DNA of 64,000 bases from Rubripirellula sp. (GTDB taxonomy: Bacteria; Planctomycetota; Planctomycetia; Pirellulales; Pirellulaceae). Of this stretch, positions 47,693 through 57,734 are shown in pieces; the first letter of the stretch is position 1, and each line of letters starts with the position of its first letter. The stretch is taken from assembly GCA_965216875.1 (NCBI GenBank), contig OZ244207.1, positions 5,536,001 through 5,600,000 on the forward strand, in the 5' to 3' direction. The position numbers and the translations under genes are program-made. Below the pieces are notes generated by a model. The model saw nothing but the letters and a program-made list of their open reading frames with translations, had not been told where the DNA came from and made no database searches.

Positions 47693-48870
47693 TTGAAATG
47701 CTCGGCGATCACTTCGGGGAGCTTGTCGTCGGCCAGACCTGCCTTGCCTCGGTCGCCCATACGCATTTGGACGTTTAGTGCAGCATCCTCGGCAATGTGA
47801 TCCCAGAATTTGCGAATCACTTTGTCGTCAAGCTCTTCATACGATCGGAACAGTCGCATTCCGACCCCGCGTGCTGGGTCATCCGAGAACCACCAAGGAC
47901 TCTTGGGGTAATTGGGATCCTCGTTCTTCCAAACACCATCATCGGAAACCATCCGCGCGGCACTCCGTAGCTGCTCGGGATCGTCTTCCCATGTGCCACC
48001 GCGTACGACACACCCCGTTTCTGTTTCGGGCCATTTCACGACATCGATTGCATTGACCGACTCTTTGTCGGCAAGCCACGCGTAGCCGTCTTCGGTGTGC
48101 GCGTTGACCGTCCACTCGGCAACGTTTCCATGCATGTCGTACAAACCGAATGCGTTTGGCTTCTTTTGGCCGCCAGGCAATTGACCGTTCTCGGCGTTGT
48201 CAAAGTACCAAGCATGGTCGTCGACGCTGTCCGCATCATCACCCCAACTGTACGCGGTCTTTGTTCCCGCGCGACACGCGTATTCCCATTCGGCTTCGGT
48301 TGGAACCCGAAACTGTTGTCCCGTGATGGCCGACAGCCATTCGGTGTACTGCATTGCAGCATACTGAGTCATCGTCACTGCTGGCTGATCAGGTTCTTCG
48401 CCGTATTCAAAGGTGTAGGTCGGTTCGTAAAGCGGAGTCGGTGCGGTGATGGCATCGGGTTGCTCGACCGATTTGATCGGGCGAACGCCGCTCGCCTCGA
48501 ACTCAGTAAAGACTTCATACAGGTTCATGTACTCTTTGTACTCTTCCCAGCGCACTTCGTACTTTGCGACCCACATCGGTGGCACATTGACAGTGATCTG
48601 CGGACCTTCGTCGTCGTTTCGGTCGGCTTCCGATTCAGGACTACCAAGCAAGAAGGTTCCACCGGGAACAGGAACCATGTCAAACGAGATATCGGTACCA
48701 GGTATCCGCGTTGTGTACGGAACCATGTATTTGCCATCCACTTCGACGAAAAGCCCATCAGCCGGTTTTTCAGTGACAACGCCGACGCGATCTTCTGCGG
48801 CCTGCGAGACAACACTCAGGCCAATCAACAACGCGAAACCAAATGCAATCAGACGAACCAAGACGAACAC
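47689..48870 (-). CDS. FGE-sulfatase (SUMF1-like) domain protein, exported
   Basis: VPGGTFLLGS, RVPTEAEWEYACRAG, PNAFGLYDMHGNVAEW and RGG motifs. Start approximate (48861-48870). Confidence 0.88.
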   Translation of the reverse strand: MFVLVRLIAFGFALLIGLSVVSQAAEDRVGVVTEKPADGLFVEVDGKYMVPYTTRIPGTDISFDMVPVPGGTFLLGSPESEADRNDDEGPQITVNVPPMWVAKYEVRWEEYKEYMNLYEVFTEFEASGVRPIKSVEQPDAITAPTPLYEPTYTFEYGEEPDQPAVTMTQYAAMQYTEWLSAITGQQFRVPTEAEWEYACRAGTKTAYSWGDDADSVDDHAWYFDNAENGQLPGGQKKPNAFGLYDMHGNVAEWTVNAHTEDGYAWLADKESVNAIDVVKWPETETGCVVRGGTWEDDPEQLRSAARMVSDDGVWKNEDPNYPKSPWWFSDDPARGVGMRLFRSYEELDDKVIRKFWDHIAEDAALNVQMRMGDRGKAGLADDKLPEVIAEHFK

Positions 48871-48964
48871 TCCAAAGGTATGGATTGAGATTTGCTTTGT
48901 GACCACCGGCACCGCAGTCATTGTAGCGGATACCGCGCCAAGTTCCCCGCAGACTTCACGCTGC

Positions 48965-50236
48965 TCAATTCGCAGGTCCGTTTTCTCGTTCCCTACGGCG
49001 ACGTTCCCGTTCACGCTTCCACTCCATCTCTTTACGACGGTATTCCTTGATCGCCGGCAGAAGGTTTTCATTAGCGAGGCCGATTTGACTGTGGCCTGAA
49101 TCGAGTTTCATTTGGACGTCCTGCTTCACTTTTTCACTGGTGTGGTTCCAGAATTTCTTTATCAGTTCGTCATCAAGTGGTTTGTAAGATCGAAACAAGC
49201 GAAAACCGACGCCGCGTGCAGGATCGGAAGTGAACCACCAGGGGCTGCGTGGAAAATCGGGATCTTCCATTTTCCATTCGTCGTCGTCCGATTCGAGTCG
49301 CACGGCACAGCGAACATCCTTGGCATCGTCTTCCCATTGGCCGCCTCGGACAACACACGACGTGGCGCGCACGGGCCACTTCACCACGTCAATCGCGTTC
49401 ACCGGTTGCTCGCGATCTCCAAGCCAATCATAGGACTTCGTATAGGCATTGACGGTCCACTCGCCGACATTGCCGAGCATGTCATGCAATCCAAATGCGT
49501 TCGGCTTTTTTGATCCAACGGTGCTGTATCCTTCGTGGTCGATCTCACTGTCGAACGACCAAGCGTACAGATCACTCTTGGACACATCTTCGCCCCAAGA
49601 AAATGCTTTGGCGGACCCGGCGCGACATGCGTATTCCCATTCGGCCTCGGTCGGCAGTCGGTATTGCGCCCCCACCATCGCGCTCAACCACTTCGTGTAT
49701 TGCTGAGCGGCGAACTGGGTCATCGAGATTGCGGGCAACTTTGGGCCGCGGCCAAACTCGTAAATGAAAAGTGGTTCATAAAGCGGGGTCGGAGTCGTCA
49801 TAGCATCCACATGCTCGAGAGTGACCTGTGCTCCATGCGTGCGCTCGTACTCGCGCATCACGTCGTACATGTCGACGTACTGGTCGTACTCGGCCTGAGT
49901 CACTTCGCATTTGGCGACCCACATTGGATTCACTTCGACAAAGACGACGGGCCCTTCGTCTGCATTGCGATTCGGCTCACCGGATGGACTGCCCATCAGA
50001 TACTTGCCACCCGGAACAGGAATCATCTCAAAAGTGATGTCCGTGCCAGGAATGCGTTCGGTATAGGGCACCATGAACTGATCCCCAACCTTGACGAAGC
50101 GTCCCTCTTTGGGGCGTTGCGCCGCGATTCCTTTCGAATCTGCCGCGCCGGATTGCTTTTGCGCGATCACCGCGGGCGACGATGATGCAAGAACAAACAG
50201 GGCGATGACTGCTGAGAGAGATTTCAGATTCAACAT
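48965..50236 (-). CDS. FGE-sulfatase (SUMF1-like) domain protein, tandem paralog
   Basis: RLPTEAEWEYACRAG, PNAFGLHDMLGNVGEW and VGFR motifs. Signal peptide follows MLNLK. Confidence 0.88.
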   Translation of the reverse strand: MLNLKSLSAVIALFVLASSSPAVIAQKQSGAADSKGIAAQRPKEGRFVKVGDQFMVPYTERIPGTDITFEMIPVPGGKYLMGSPSGEPNRNADEGPVVFVEVNPMWVAKCEVTQAEYDQYVDMYDVMREYERTHGAQVTLEHVDAMTTPTPLYEPLFIYEFGRGPKLPAISMTQFAAQQYTKWLSAMVGAQYRLPTEAEWEYACRAGSAKAFSWGEDVSKSDLYAWSFDSEIDHEGYSTVGSKKPNAFGLHDMLGNVGEWTVNAYTKSYDWLGDREQPVNAIDVVKWPVRATSCVVRGGQWEDDAKDVRCAVRLESDDDEWKMEDPDFPRSPWWFTSDPARGVGFRLFRSYKPLDDELIKKFWNHTSEKVKQDVQMKLDSGHSQIGLANENLLPAIKEYRRKEMEWKRERERRRRERENGPAN

Positions 50237-50493
50237 TTCAACTCGCGTTTTTGGTCCCGCGTGAAACTCAAACTTCGGCATCCACATCTTCCTCGCTTCC
50301 GTGGGGCGGCTCAACCGACCGCGTCAACCTAGGCGTCATATTTTGACTCAGCCGCACACCGTGCCAGATTCCTACAACGGGAACAGGAATGATGGGCAAA
50401 ACCAGCCATTTCCGCCACAAACGGGGGCCCCAGCGGATCGATACCGTTACGAGTCGATGGGCTCCAACCCTACCAACACCGGAAACGCATGCC

Positions 50494-51375
50494 ATGACTC
50501 GCCCCGTTTGCATCGCCGTGCTACTCGTCTTCGCGGCGTTGAATTCCGCAAACGCTCAGAGCACGAACTCCAATCGCAGCTATGAGTGGACCGCTGGTGG
50601 AGGTTTATGGGGTTCACTGCTGCCATCGTATGAATTGGGCGCAACCCCAGCTGGCAGCCCCGCCTACCGCGACAGCTTGAACAATCTTGGCGGCATCACT
50701 CAGATGAAAGTGGTGCGTCGTTGGCTGTGGACGCGAACGAATTTCGAAGCCAAGGGCTTCTTCGCCGCAAGCGATTCAACAGCATCCTCTGGGATGGTCG
50801 ATGCCGATGTGCCAGATCCCATCACGGGCGCAATCTCGAACCTGACGGGCGGACAACCGTACCTGAAAAGCAAAGCCCAAAACTACGGTGGCGACATTGG
50901 GCTGCGCGACACGTGGCGAACGCGCTTCGGCGGACTGTCGGCGGGCGCATTGTTCAGCTACATGCGGCTGGACCAAAAGTTCGACGTCAACTACTCAGCG
51001 ACCGACCTGTTTCGCGAAGACCTCGATAGCGAGTTTCGTGGCGGCAAAGCGGTCTTTGGCTGGGATGGCTACATTAAAGGTTGCCCGACCAACCTGGACC
51101 TGCAGATCGGATTCTACGATTTGAACACAGACTACCGAGTCGTCGGCCAAGCGACGCCTGGTCAATCGCGAACACGCTGGCAGCGAAACTCGACAACCAT
51201 CGAAACCAGCATCACGGCTCGTAAATGCGTCTACGATGTCGAAGTCATTGGAACACTCGGCGTGATGTACATCACCGACATGCCTGCGATTGCTCACAAT
51301 GTCGGGGCGCCCGCGAGCATCTTTTCGGATGACGCCGTGACCATCACAGGCGCGGTTGAAGTCCTGCTCTGGTAG
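50494..51375 (+). CDS. Exported hypothetical protein, probable outer-membrane beta-barrel
   Basis: Signal peptide ending ANA, Gly/aromatic-rich amphipathic strands and a C-terminal Trp. Confidence 0.62.
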   Translation: MTRPVCIAVLLVFAALNSANAQSTNSNRSYEWTAGGGLWGSLLPSYELGATPAGSPAYRDSLNNLGGITQMKVVRRWLWTRTNFEAKGFFAASDSTASSGMVDADVPDPITGAISNLTGGQPYLKSKAQNYGGDIGLRDTWRTRFGGLSAGALFSYMRLDQKFDVNYSATDLFREDLDSEFRGGKAVFGWDGYIKGCPTNLDLQIGFYDLNTDYRVVGQATPGQSRTRWQRNSTTIETSITARKCVYDVEVIGTLGVMYITDMPAIAHNVGAPASIFSDDAVTITGAVEVLLW

Positions 51376-51399
51376 AAGAACGCCTACTGGTTTCCGCCA

Positions 51400-53376
51400 C
51401 TATTCCACCGCGCGGTTGGGCCGATTCCATTTCAACTTGACGGCATAGATACGGTTATCGCTGCCGTACTTTTCGACGCCCAGGGGCTGCATCCACTCCG
51501 TGACGACGACCCAAGTTTCGTCTTGATTCACATCGACAACGCCAAAGTTGCCTAGCCGTGCTCCCTTTTCTTGCGCGATCACGCGTTCGGTTGTTCGCAT
51601 CACACGTAGCGTCTCTGGATCAACTCTCGCGATCATCAATGGGGCCCGATGTCGAAACACGTGATCATTGTCCAAGCCACGACGCGTGTAGACCAAGAAC
51701 AAGCCGTCGCTATGAGTGACCCAATGTTGCTGGGTGTTGTAATTGCCTAGTTCTTCGCCATCGTCAAATCGCCAAACAACGGGATCGGAGTATTCAAGTC
51801 CATCGCGACTGACGCTGACGTAGCCTCGATCATCATTGCGCATGGTTAGGAAATAGCGCCGGTCGAATCGAGTGACCGATGGCTCGTAGAGACCGCGTTT
51901 GACAGGAATCGTCAATTCGTTGCCATGTTCGACGTATTTCAATTCCGCTCCGTCGAACTGGCATCGAACGACCGTCGTGCTGTATTGTTTTCGCTCGGGA
52001 ACTTTGAAATAGATCGGCAACAGAATCGTCCCATCTTGTTCATCGAACCTCTGTACCGATCCGGCTCCCGCATTCTTGAATCTGGCCTCCTGCGGCATTT
52101 CAAGCCGTTTCCATGGAGCCCACGTTTCGGTCTTCGGATCGAAGACGCTGTAAGCCGTCGAGCGGGGTCGAACATGCATCACTTTGTTGTGTTCGTACCA
52201 GACCGTTTGTCCCGTTCCCAGCAAAGTCTTTGATTTTGCGTGCCACTTTGGTGTGAAATCGCAAACCGTGAACTCGTGTCCTTTGTCGTCTGACTGACGA
52301 ACGAAGGACTCAAGTACTTTGAGTGACTGCCAAGACTCGCCGCCGTCATCGCTGAGCGTTTGATTGAGCGAATAGAACACGTCTGAGCCGGACAACAATA
52401 GCGGTTGAGTCGTCATAACGATCTGCGACGCATCGCGCTGGCGAACGACGCCGGCTCGTGCGTGAACCCAACAGCGTTTCCCATCGAATCCCCGTTGGAC
52501 GACTTGTTGATCGATGGAATAGCCCAACGGTCCGCTTGCCCCTCCAAGCGACAGGTAGGCCTGAAAAAAACGATGGCCAAGTGCTCGATAGGCTGCGGTG
52601 CTGAAGTGGACACGATCGCCCTTGTGCCCCAAACCGCTTGAACTCGCAAATGCAGTATGCGGAACCGACCCTGGCGTCTCGCGATGGACTGCGTCAACGA
52701 TCGCTCGCGCGTCGATGCGGTCGTCGTCGCTTTCCTTGCCAGCAGCCTCTTCCCTGCGCTCGACAAACTGCCCCATCTGTCCAATCACAAATGGTAGATC
52801 AGGCGATTGAAACTCGCGTCGCATTCGTGAAATCAAAGTGTGCAGCTTTGACTCGTACTCGGTCGCCAGCAGCGGTTTCGAATCGGATTCCCCTTGATGC
52901 CACAACACACCCTTGAGCGTCCCATCGCGACGTGCGCGGTTCACACGTTTGAGTGCATCGTCGTAGGGGTGGGCTCCCGTCGATTTGTGATAACCGCCCG
53001 GTTGCCAAGAATCGATTGGCGATCCCCCGACAGCACACGGGATTAACCCTACCGTCGCATCTGGAAATGCTTCGACATAGTCTCTTGCGAAGGTACGTCC
53101 AAGGCCGACACCGACCATCTTGGGCTTGTCAAAGTGAACCGGATCGACCGCAGGAACCCATTGCCCCTCCTGATTCAACATCAAGACTCGTTGATCTGGC
53201 TTCGATGCCGCATCATCCAGCCGACCGCGCCCGGCCATATTGGACTGGCCCGCAAGTACGAACAAATGAAAGTTTGATTTGTCACTCGGGATGGGAGACT
53301 GAGCGTTCGCTTCATGAAGTCCCAAAAAGCAAACCATGAAAACGACGATCAATCGAAGTTGCGTATTGAAAAACAC
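51400..53376 (-). CDS. SGNH sialate-O-acetylesterase (SASA/CE6-like) domain fused to a BNR/sialidase-like beta-propeller
   Basis: LAGQSNMAG, WHQGESD and GDRVHF esterase motifs, then Asp-box-like SDDGGESW and SRDGLEY. Confidence 0.82.
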   Translation of the reverse strand: MFFNTQLRLIVVFMVCFLGLHEANAQSPIPSDKSNFHLFVLAGQSNMAGRGRLDDAASKPDQRVLMLNQEGQWVPAVDPVHFDKPKMVGVGLGRTFARDYVEAFPDATVGLIPCAVGGSPIDSWQPGGYHKSTGAHPYDDALKRVNRARRDGTLKGVLWHQGESDSKPLLATEYESKLHTLISRMRREFQSPDLPFVIGQMGQFVERREEAAGKESDDDRIDARAIVDAVHRETPGSVPHTAFASSSGLGHKGDRVHFSTAAYRALGHRFFQAYLSLGGASGPLGYSIDQQVVQRGFDGKRCWVHARAGVVRQRDASQIVMTTQPLLLSGSDVFYSLNQTLSDDGGESWQSLKVLESFVRQSDDKGHEFTVCDFTPKWHAKSKTLLGTGQTVWYEHNKVMHVRPRSTAYSVFDPKTETWAPWKRLEMPQEARFKNAGAGSVQRFDEQDGTILLPIYFKVPERKQYSTTVVRCQFDGAELKYVEHGNELTIPVKRGLYEPSVTRFDRRYFLTMRNDDRGYVSVSRDGLEYSDPVVWRFDDGEELGNYNTQQHWVTHSDGLFLVYTRRGLDNDHVFRHRAPLMIARVDPETLRVMRTTERVIAQEKGARLGNFGVVDVNQDETWVVVTEWMQPLGVEKYGSDNRIYAVKLKWNRPNRAVE

Positions 53377-53449
53377 GGCAGGCTCGGTGGTGCTTGGTTA
53401 GAATCGCGGTTGCCCTCAACTAGTGCAATTTGCTTTCCGCGCTGCTGGT

Positions 53450-54652
53450 ATGTTAACGCGTTACGATTCCCATTGCTCATTTCGATGCCTCACAGTACTC
53501 GTGTGGCTGGTCGCGTGCTCGACCGATGCGATTGCAGATGAACCGTCGACGCCACGACGACTCTCCCTGCCCGAGACTCCCTACAACTACAGCAATCTCC
53601 CGCTACCAAAACATGTGCGTGATGTTGCCAACCGATTCGACAACACTCCGGCCGACAATCCGATCACGGACGAAGGTGCGACGCTTGGCCGTGTACTTTT
53701 TTACGACCCGCAACTTTCGGTCAACGGCAAAACGTCCTGTGCATCGTGCCATCGCCAAGAACTAGCGTTCACCGACGATCGGAAGGTGAGCGTTGGATTT
53801 GACGGTCGCAAAGTCGACCGCAACTCGATGAGCTTGGTGAACCTGAGGTACTACCGACGCGGCAAATTCTTCTGGGATGAACGGGCCAACAGTCTCGAAG
53901 AACAAGTCCTCATCCCAATCGAAAACGACATCGAAATGGGGCACGATCTTTCGAAACTCGTGCTGCAACTGCAATCTGACCCGCTCTACCCTCCGCTATT
54001 CCGCGCAGCATTCGGTGATGAAGTCGTCGACAAAAACCGGATGGCAAAGGCACTTGCCCAATTCTTGCGTTCGATCGTTTCGTTTCGATCTCGCTACGAT
54101 GTTGGCCGCGAACAAGTCGCCTCGGTACATGATCCGTTCCCGAACTTCAGCGAAGAAGAAAACTATGGAAAGCAGCAGTTCTTCGGGCGTGGCCGCTGTT
54201 TTGAGTGTCATTTGTCAGATGACTTGCCCGCCGAGAATCCCGAGCGACAATCCGCTTTCTTCTACATTGAAACGCCTGTCGTCAACGGAATTGACAGTGA
54301 TGTCCCAGGCGCCGACCTTGGCACGGCAAAGATTACCAAAAATGATCGCGACCGAGGGCGATTTAAATCGCCATCACTTCGAAATGTCGAAGTGACCGTG
54401 CCCTACATGCACGACGGTCGTTTCATCACGCTTGATTCGGTCGTCGAACATTACAACTGGAGTGTGCGTCCCCACCCGAATTTGGACCCACGACTCGACG
54501 ACTTTGCCGCCAACGGGATGGCGCTTCCGGAAGTTGAAAAGGTCGCATTGACTGCATTTCTATTGACGCTTACCGACCGCGAGTTGCTGCAAGACCCAAG
54601 GTACTCTGATCCGTTTGAAAGCCCGCCAAATCAGCAACCGAATGAAAACTAG
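53450..54652 (+). CDS. Di-haem cytochrome c peroxidase/MauG family protein
   Basis: LGRVLFYD, CASCH, FFWDERA, CFECH, FKSPSLRNV and PYMHDG motifs. Confidence 0.9.
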   Translation: MLTRYDSHCSFRCLTVLVWLVACSTDAIADEPSTPRRLSLPETPYNYSNLPLPKHVRDVANRFDNTPADNPITDEGATLGRVLFYDPQLSVNGKTSCASCHRQELAFTDDRKVSVGFDGRKVDRNSMSLVNLRYYRRGKFFWDERANSLEEQVLIPIENDIEMGHDLSKLVLQLQSDPLYPPLFRAAFGDEVVDKNRMAKALAQFLRSIVSFRSRYDVGREQVASVHDPFPNFSEEENYGKQQFFGRGRCFECHLSDDLPAENPERQSAFFYIETPVVNGIDSDVPGADLGTAKITKNDRDRGRFKSPSLRNVEVTVPYMHDGRFITLDSVVEHYNWSVRPHPNLDPRLDDFAANGMALPEVEKVALTAFLLTLTDRELLQDPRYSDPFESPPNQQPNEN

Positions 54653-55920
54653 CGATTGGTCTTGCGCTGCCTGGCATATTTCAAATTCGGCATTCCTTTT
54701 TTGAATGCCTCAAACGCCTCTTCGCTCACCTTCGTGTCGCGCAAGTTCATTGACATCAGTTTCTCCAGCCCTGTGAGATGCTCGAGGCCAGCGTCGCTTA
54801 TGTCGCAATCGTAGACGTACAACGACCTCAACTCAGCACACTGCCCTATCGCTCGCATCGCCTCGTCATCAATTGAAAGACCACTCAGCATCAAACTCCG
54901 AATGTTTGACCCAGCGAGGGGATCGAAGGCCTTTGAAGTCAAGTCTGGTGAAGATCGAAGATTCAAACTAATGACCGATGCCTTTGACGACTTGACCCAT
55001 TGCAGACTTGAATCATCAGCCGATTGCATCGAGAGGTTAAGGGAAGCCATCTTCAGTTGACCAAGCGCGTCAACGATTTCGGGCCTTGCGACAATCCGAC
55101 TCAGCCCCAGCGATCGCAGCTCGATGCTGCCCAACACGTCCAAGTCTTGGCGGGTGACCTCACGCGACATCGTGAACGCCTGCAACCCTTCCACGTCTGC
55201 CAACCGCCTTAGCCCGAAGGGGCTCACGTTTTCACCATCGATCGAGAGGGTGTTGAGCCCGGGCAACTCGGCCAACTTTCCCATTCCTGAATCACCGATC
55301 GAAGTCCGTATGATCGACAACGAATGCAAGGACTTGGCATTCTTCAGTCGATCAAGACTCTTGTCGGTAACCGACCCACCCATTAACCCAACCGAATTGA
55401 CCGCCGGAAGGTGCTGGATGAGTGAACAATGCTTGTCACGATAGATTCCGTGAACCGATCGGACTTGATCCTTATACAGATGCACGTGCACACCGGCGGA
55501 CTGTAATTCGCGGACCGCACGATCACGTTTTGTCTCGCGAAGGGCAAAGACTCGCTCTTTCGCTAACTTAGCCCCCGCTCCATCTGTGTCAGAAGCAATC
55601 CGATCAAGTGCATCAAGAGCCGACTCTCTTGAAGCGGGGTTTTGCGCCATCGCCGCGAGGATTTCGACACATCGTTCGACTTGTTCCGGACCGCCTCGTT
55701 TGGCCGTCGCTTCGACCAACGTGATGGCATAGCCACCTTCGCGAATCAAGGCTTCCGCCGCACGTTGACGCTTCGCGAAGCTTCGGCTTCGAAGGTCATC
55801 GATCGCCTGCTCGACGACATCCGTAACGGGCACCACTTCCTGCGCGGAAACGCAGTAACAAGTGGTCACCAGCAACAACGCTGCTAGTGTGGCACGAGAG
55901 TACGCGACGAGTGTGACCAT
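54649..55920 (-). CDS. Exported leucine-rich-repeat protein with N-terminal HEAT-like helices
   Basis: Repeats such as LxxLxxLxLxxTxVxDxGL (LKNAKSLHSLSIIRTSIGDSGM and LTGLEKLMSMNLRDTKVS), with a signal peptide. Confidence 0.82.
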   Translation of the reverse strand: MVTLVAYSRATLAALLLVTTCYCVSAQEVVPVTDVVEQAIDDLRSRSFAKRQRAAEALIREGGYAITLVEATAKRGGPEQVERCVEILAAMAQNPASRESALDALDRIASDTDGAGAKLAKERVFALRETKRDRAVRELQSAGVHVHLYKDQVRSVHGIYRDKHCSLIQHLPAVNSVGLMGGSVTDKSLDRLKNAKSLHSLSIIRTSIGDSGMGKLAELPGLNTLSIDGENVSPFGLRRLADVEGLQAFTMSREVTRQDLDVLGSIELRSLGLSRIVARPEIVDALGQLKMASLNLSMQSADDSSLQWVKSSKASVISLNLRSSPDLTSKAFDPLAGSNIRSLMLSGLSIDDEAMRAIGQCAELRSLYVYDCDISDAGLEHLTGLEKLMSMNLRDTKVSEEAFEAFKKGMPNLKYARQRKTNR

Positions 55921-56028
55921 CGAAATCAGCTGAATAGGTGAGACATCGATCCATAGCCCAACACAACATTAAAGCAATTCGGCCTCTCTTATTGAAAAGA
56001 AAAACCAGTGCATTGGTCGATTTCTCGC

Positions 56029-57288
56029 CTACTTCCGCTCGCGAACGACATATCCAAACGATTCTTTCGCACACACCACGATGTCGCTTCCTTGTTCAAT
56101 CACGCCAGATTGTGATTTGGCCGCATATTCCACCCCTTTTACCTCGATCGTGCCGTACGGGTCGAGCACCGTTTTGCTTGTACCAGGAGCACCGAGCAGG
56201 GATGTTTCGACCGCCGACGATTTGACCTTCTTCCCGCCCGCTTTCTTTTTGTTCCCGCAATCACAGCAGTCGCAGGGGACATCGCACGGGCAATACGTTA
56301 TGTCACAGAACTGACCACATTCAGCACCAGAACAGCAAAGGTCGCACGCACAATCGCAACCTCCACAATCACAGTCCCCTGCCCTTGCCGCTTGCAGCTG
56401 TCTGCGTCGCCACGGACTTGCGATGGGTCCTTTTGCTCGCTTGGAACGATTGACCTCGCACGCCGATTCAACATTTCCAGACCGCGCTGCCGAAAGGAAC
56501 CCGATGCGATGCAGCAAAACCGAAGCTGCGATCGACTCGTCCTTGCACCGGTCGGACAACCGCCAACCTGCTTCGACAAGCTGGCGGATTGCATATGAGT
56601 AGTAGTGCGGAATGACCGACTCTTCGGCGATCGGATTGTAGTGGCCACGACGCTGATCCATCTTCCAATCATGGGCGCAGTCGGACGCGATCAGGGCAGC
56701 GCCAACGCGCTCGCCAATGGTTCGCAACAAGTCTTGCTCGTCTGGGGAACCCATCTGCTTGGCGAACAACGCAAAGACCAACCCAAACGCCCTCGCAGTT
56801 GGTTGAGTGTACTGTTCGACCGAGTGCCGCTCCGCGGTCGACTCCAGTGCGGCATGTTCCGTCAAGCACTTCCCCAAATCGATTTCAAAATCAGGGTCGT
56901 AAGCACGAAAGCTCGCTTTCATCTTTTTTGTTTGACGGCGCATGGCCAGTCGGGCACTCCACGCAAGCAGCGAACCGGAGTCCTGGACATCATCATCAAG
57001 CTTGGTCTTGGCAAGCAGCATCGCAAAGTTGCCAGCGAACTCGGCCGCTGTCGATTCTTTGGCGCTCCAATCGTGCAACCGGACACCGCGCGTGCGACAG
57101 CATTTCGGGTCGCTTTCACGTGGGGCGGGGACGAGCTTCAAATCGATGCCGGCGCAATACAAAAAGACAGCTTCGTAGCTGACGAAGACAAGCGATCGCA
57201 GACCGAACCGGCTGCGTTGCAGACTGCAACAGCGCGCATAGGCCTGCCGATACTCTCGATGCGAAGGTGGCTTCAGAAACCCAAACAT
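56029..57288 (-). CDS. DUF5685-like protein with a Cys-rich segment and C-terminal NfeD-like OB domain
   Basis: MFGFLKP, YEAVFL and KLDDDVQD; 15 Cys in about 39 aa; GTSKTVLDPYGTIEVKGVEYAAKS...IEQGSDIVV resembles an NfeD C-terminal domain. Confidence 0.7.
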   Translation of the reverse strand: MFGFLKPPSHREYRQAYARCCSLQRSRFGLRSLVFVSYEAVFLYCAGIDLKLVPAPRESDPKCCRTRGVRLHDWSAKESTAAEFAGNFAMLLAKTKLDDDVQDSGSLLAWSARLAMRRQTKKMKASFRAYDPDFEIDLGKCLTEHAALESTAERHSVEQYTQPTARAFGLVFALFAKQMGSPDEQDLLRTIGERVGAALIASDCAHDWKMDQRRGHYNPIAEESVIPHYYSYAIRQLVEAGWRLSDRCKDESIAASVLLHRIGFLSAARSGNVESACEVNRSKRAKGPIASPWRRRQLQAARAGDCDCGGCDCACDLCCSGAECGQFCDITYCPCDVPCDCCDCGNKKKAGGKKVKSSAVETSLLGAPGTSKTVLDPYGTIEVKGVEYAAKSQSGVIEQGSDIVVCAKESFGYVVRERK

Positions 57289-57734
57289 AACGCTCCGTCT
57301 TGCTTTCTTTCTTAATGCGACGCGTGCTTCGTGCGGTTGCATGCTCTCGATGCCGTACAGTTGTCGCGCTGAAATGCATTGTGTTCCAGCAGCATCCGGT
57401 ACATGCAACGATCAAGACTAGCCGTGCCCGCCTCGCCTGTTTGTGCACGCAAACTGCTAGGCTCGATTCCCTCAGCAAGTGTGCCCATCGCCCCCCACAA
57501 GCAGCGACGAGCATCAAATTACCAAAACGTCTGTGCGGCAGCCACACTCCGAGCCGTGTGGAGGGCGCGAAACTCGAGCGGCATCGCGGTGTTTAAGAAA
57601 ACTCCGTCGCCCGCAATCGCGCGCGGCCAGCACTTAAACAAGATGCACCAGCGTCACGACGGCGAGTACCATGACAAGCGTGAACACAACGCGTTTTGGT
57701 AACTGCGGAAAAGACGACTGAAAAAGGTAGAACC

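Noticed and set aside
53450..54652. Calling the di-haem protein MauG or MbnH
   Set aside because: There are no methylamine dehydrogenase or MbnP-like partner genes beside it, so only the family-level call is supported.
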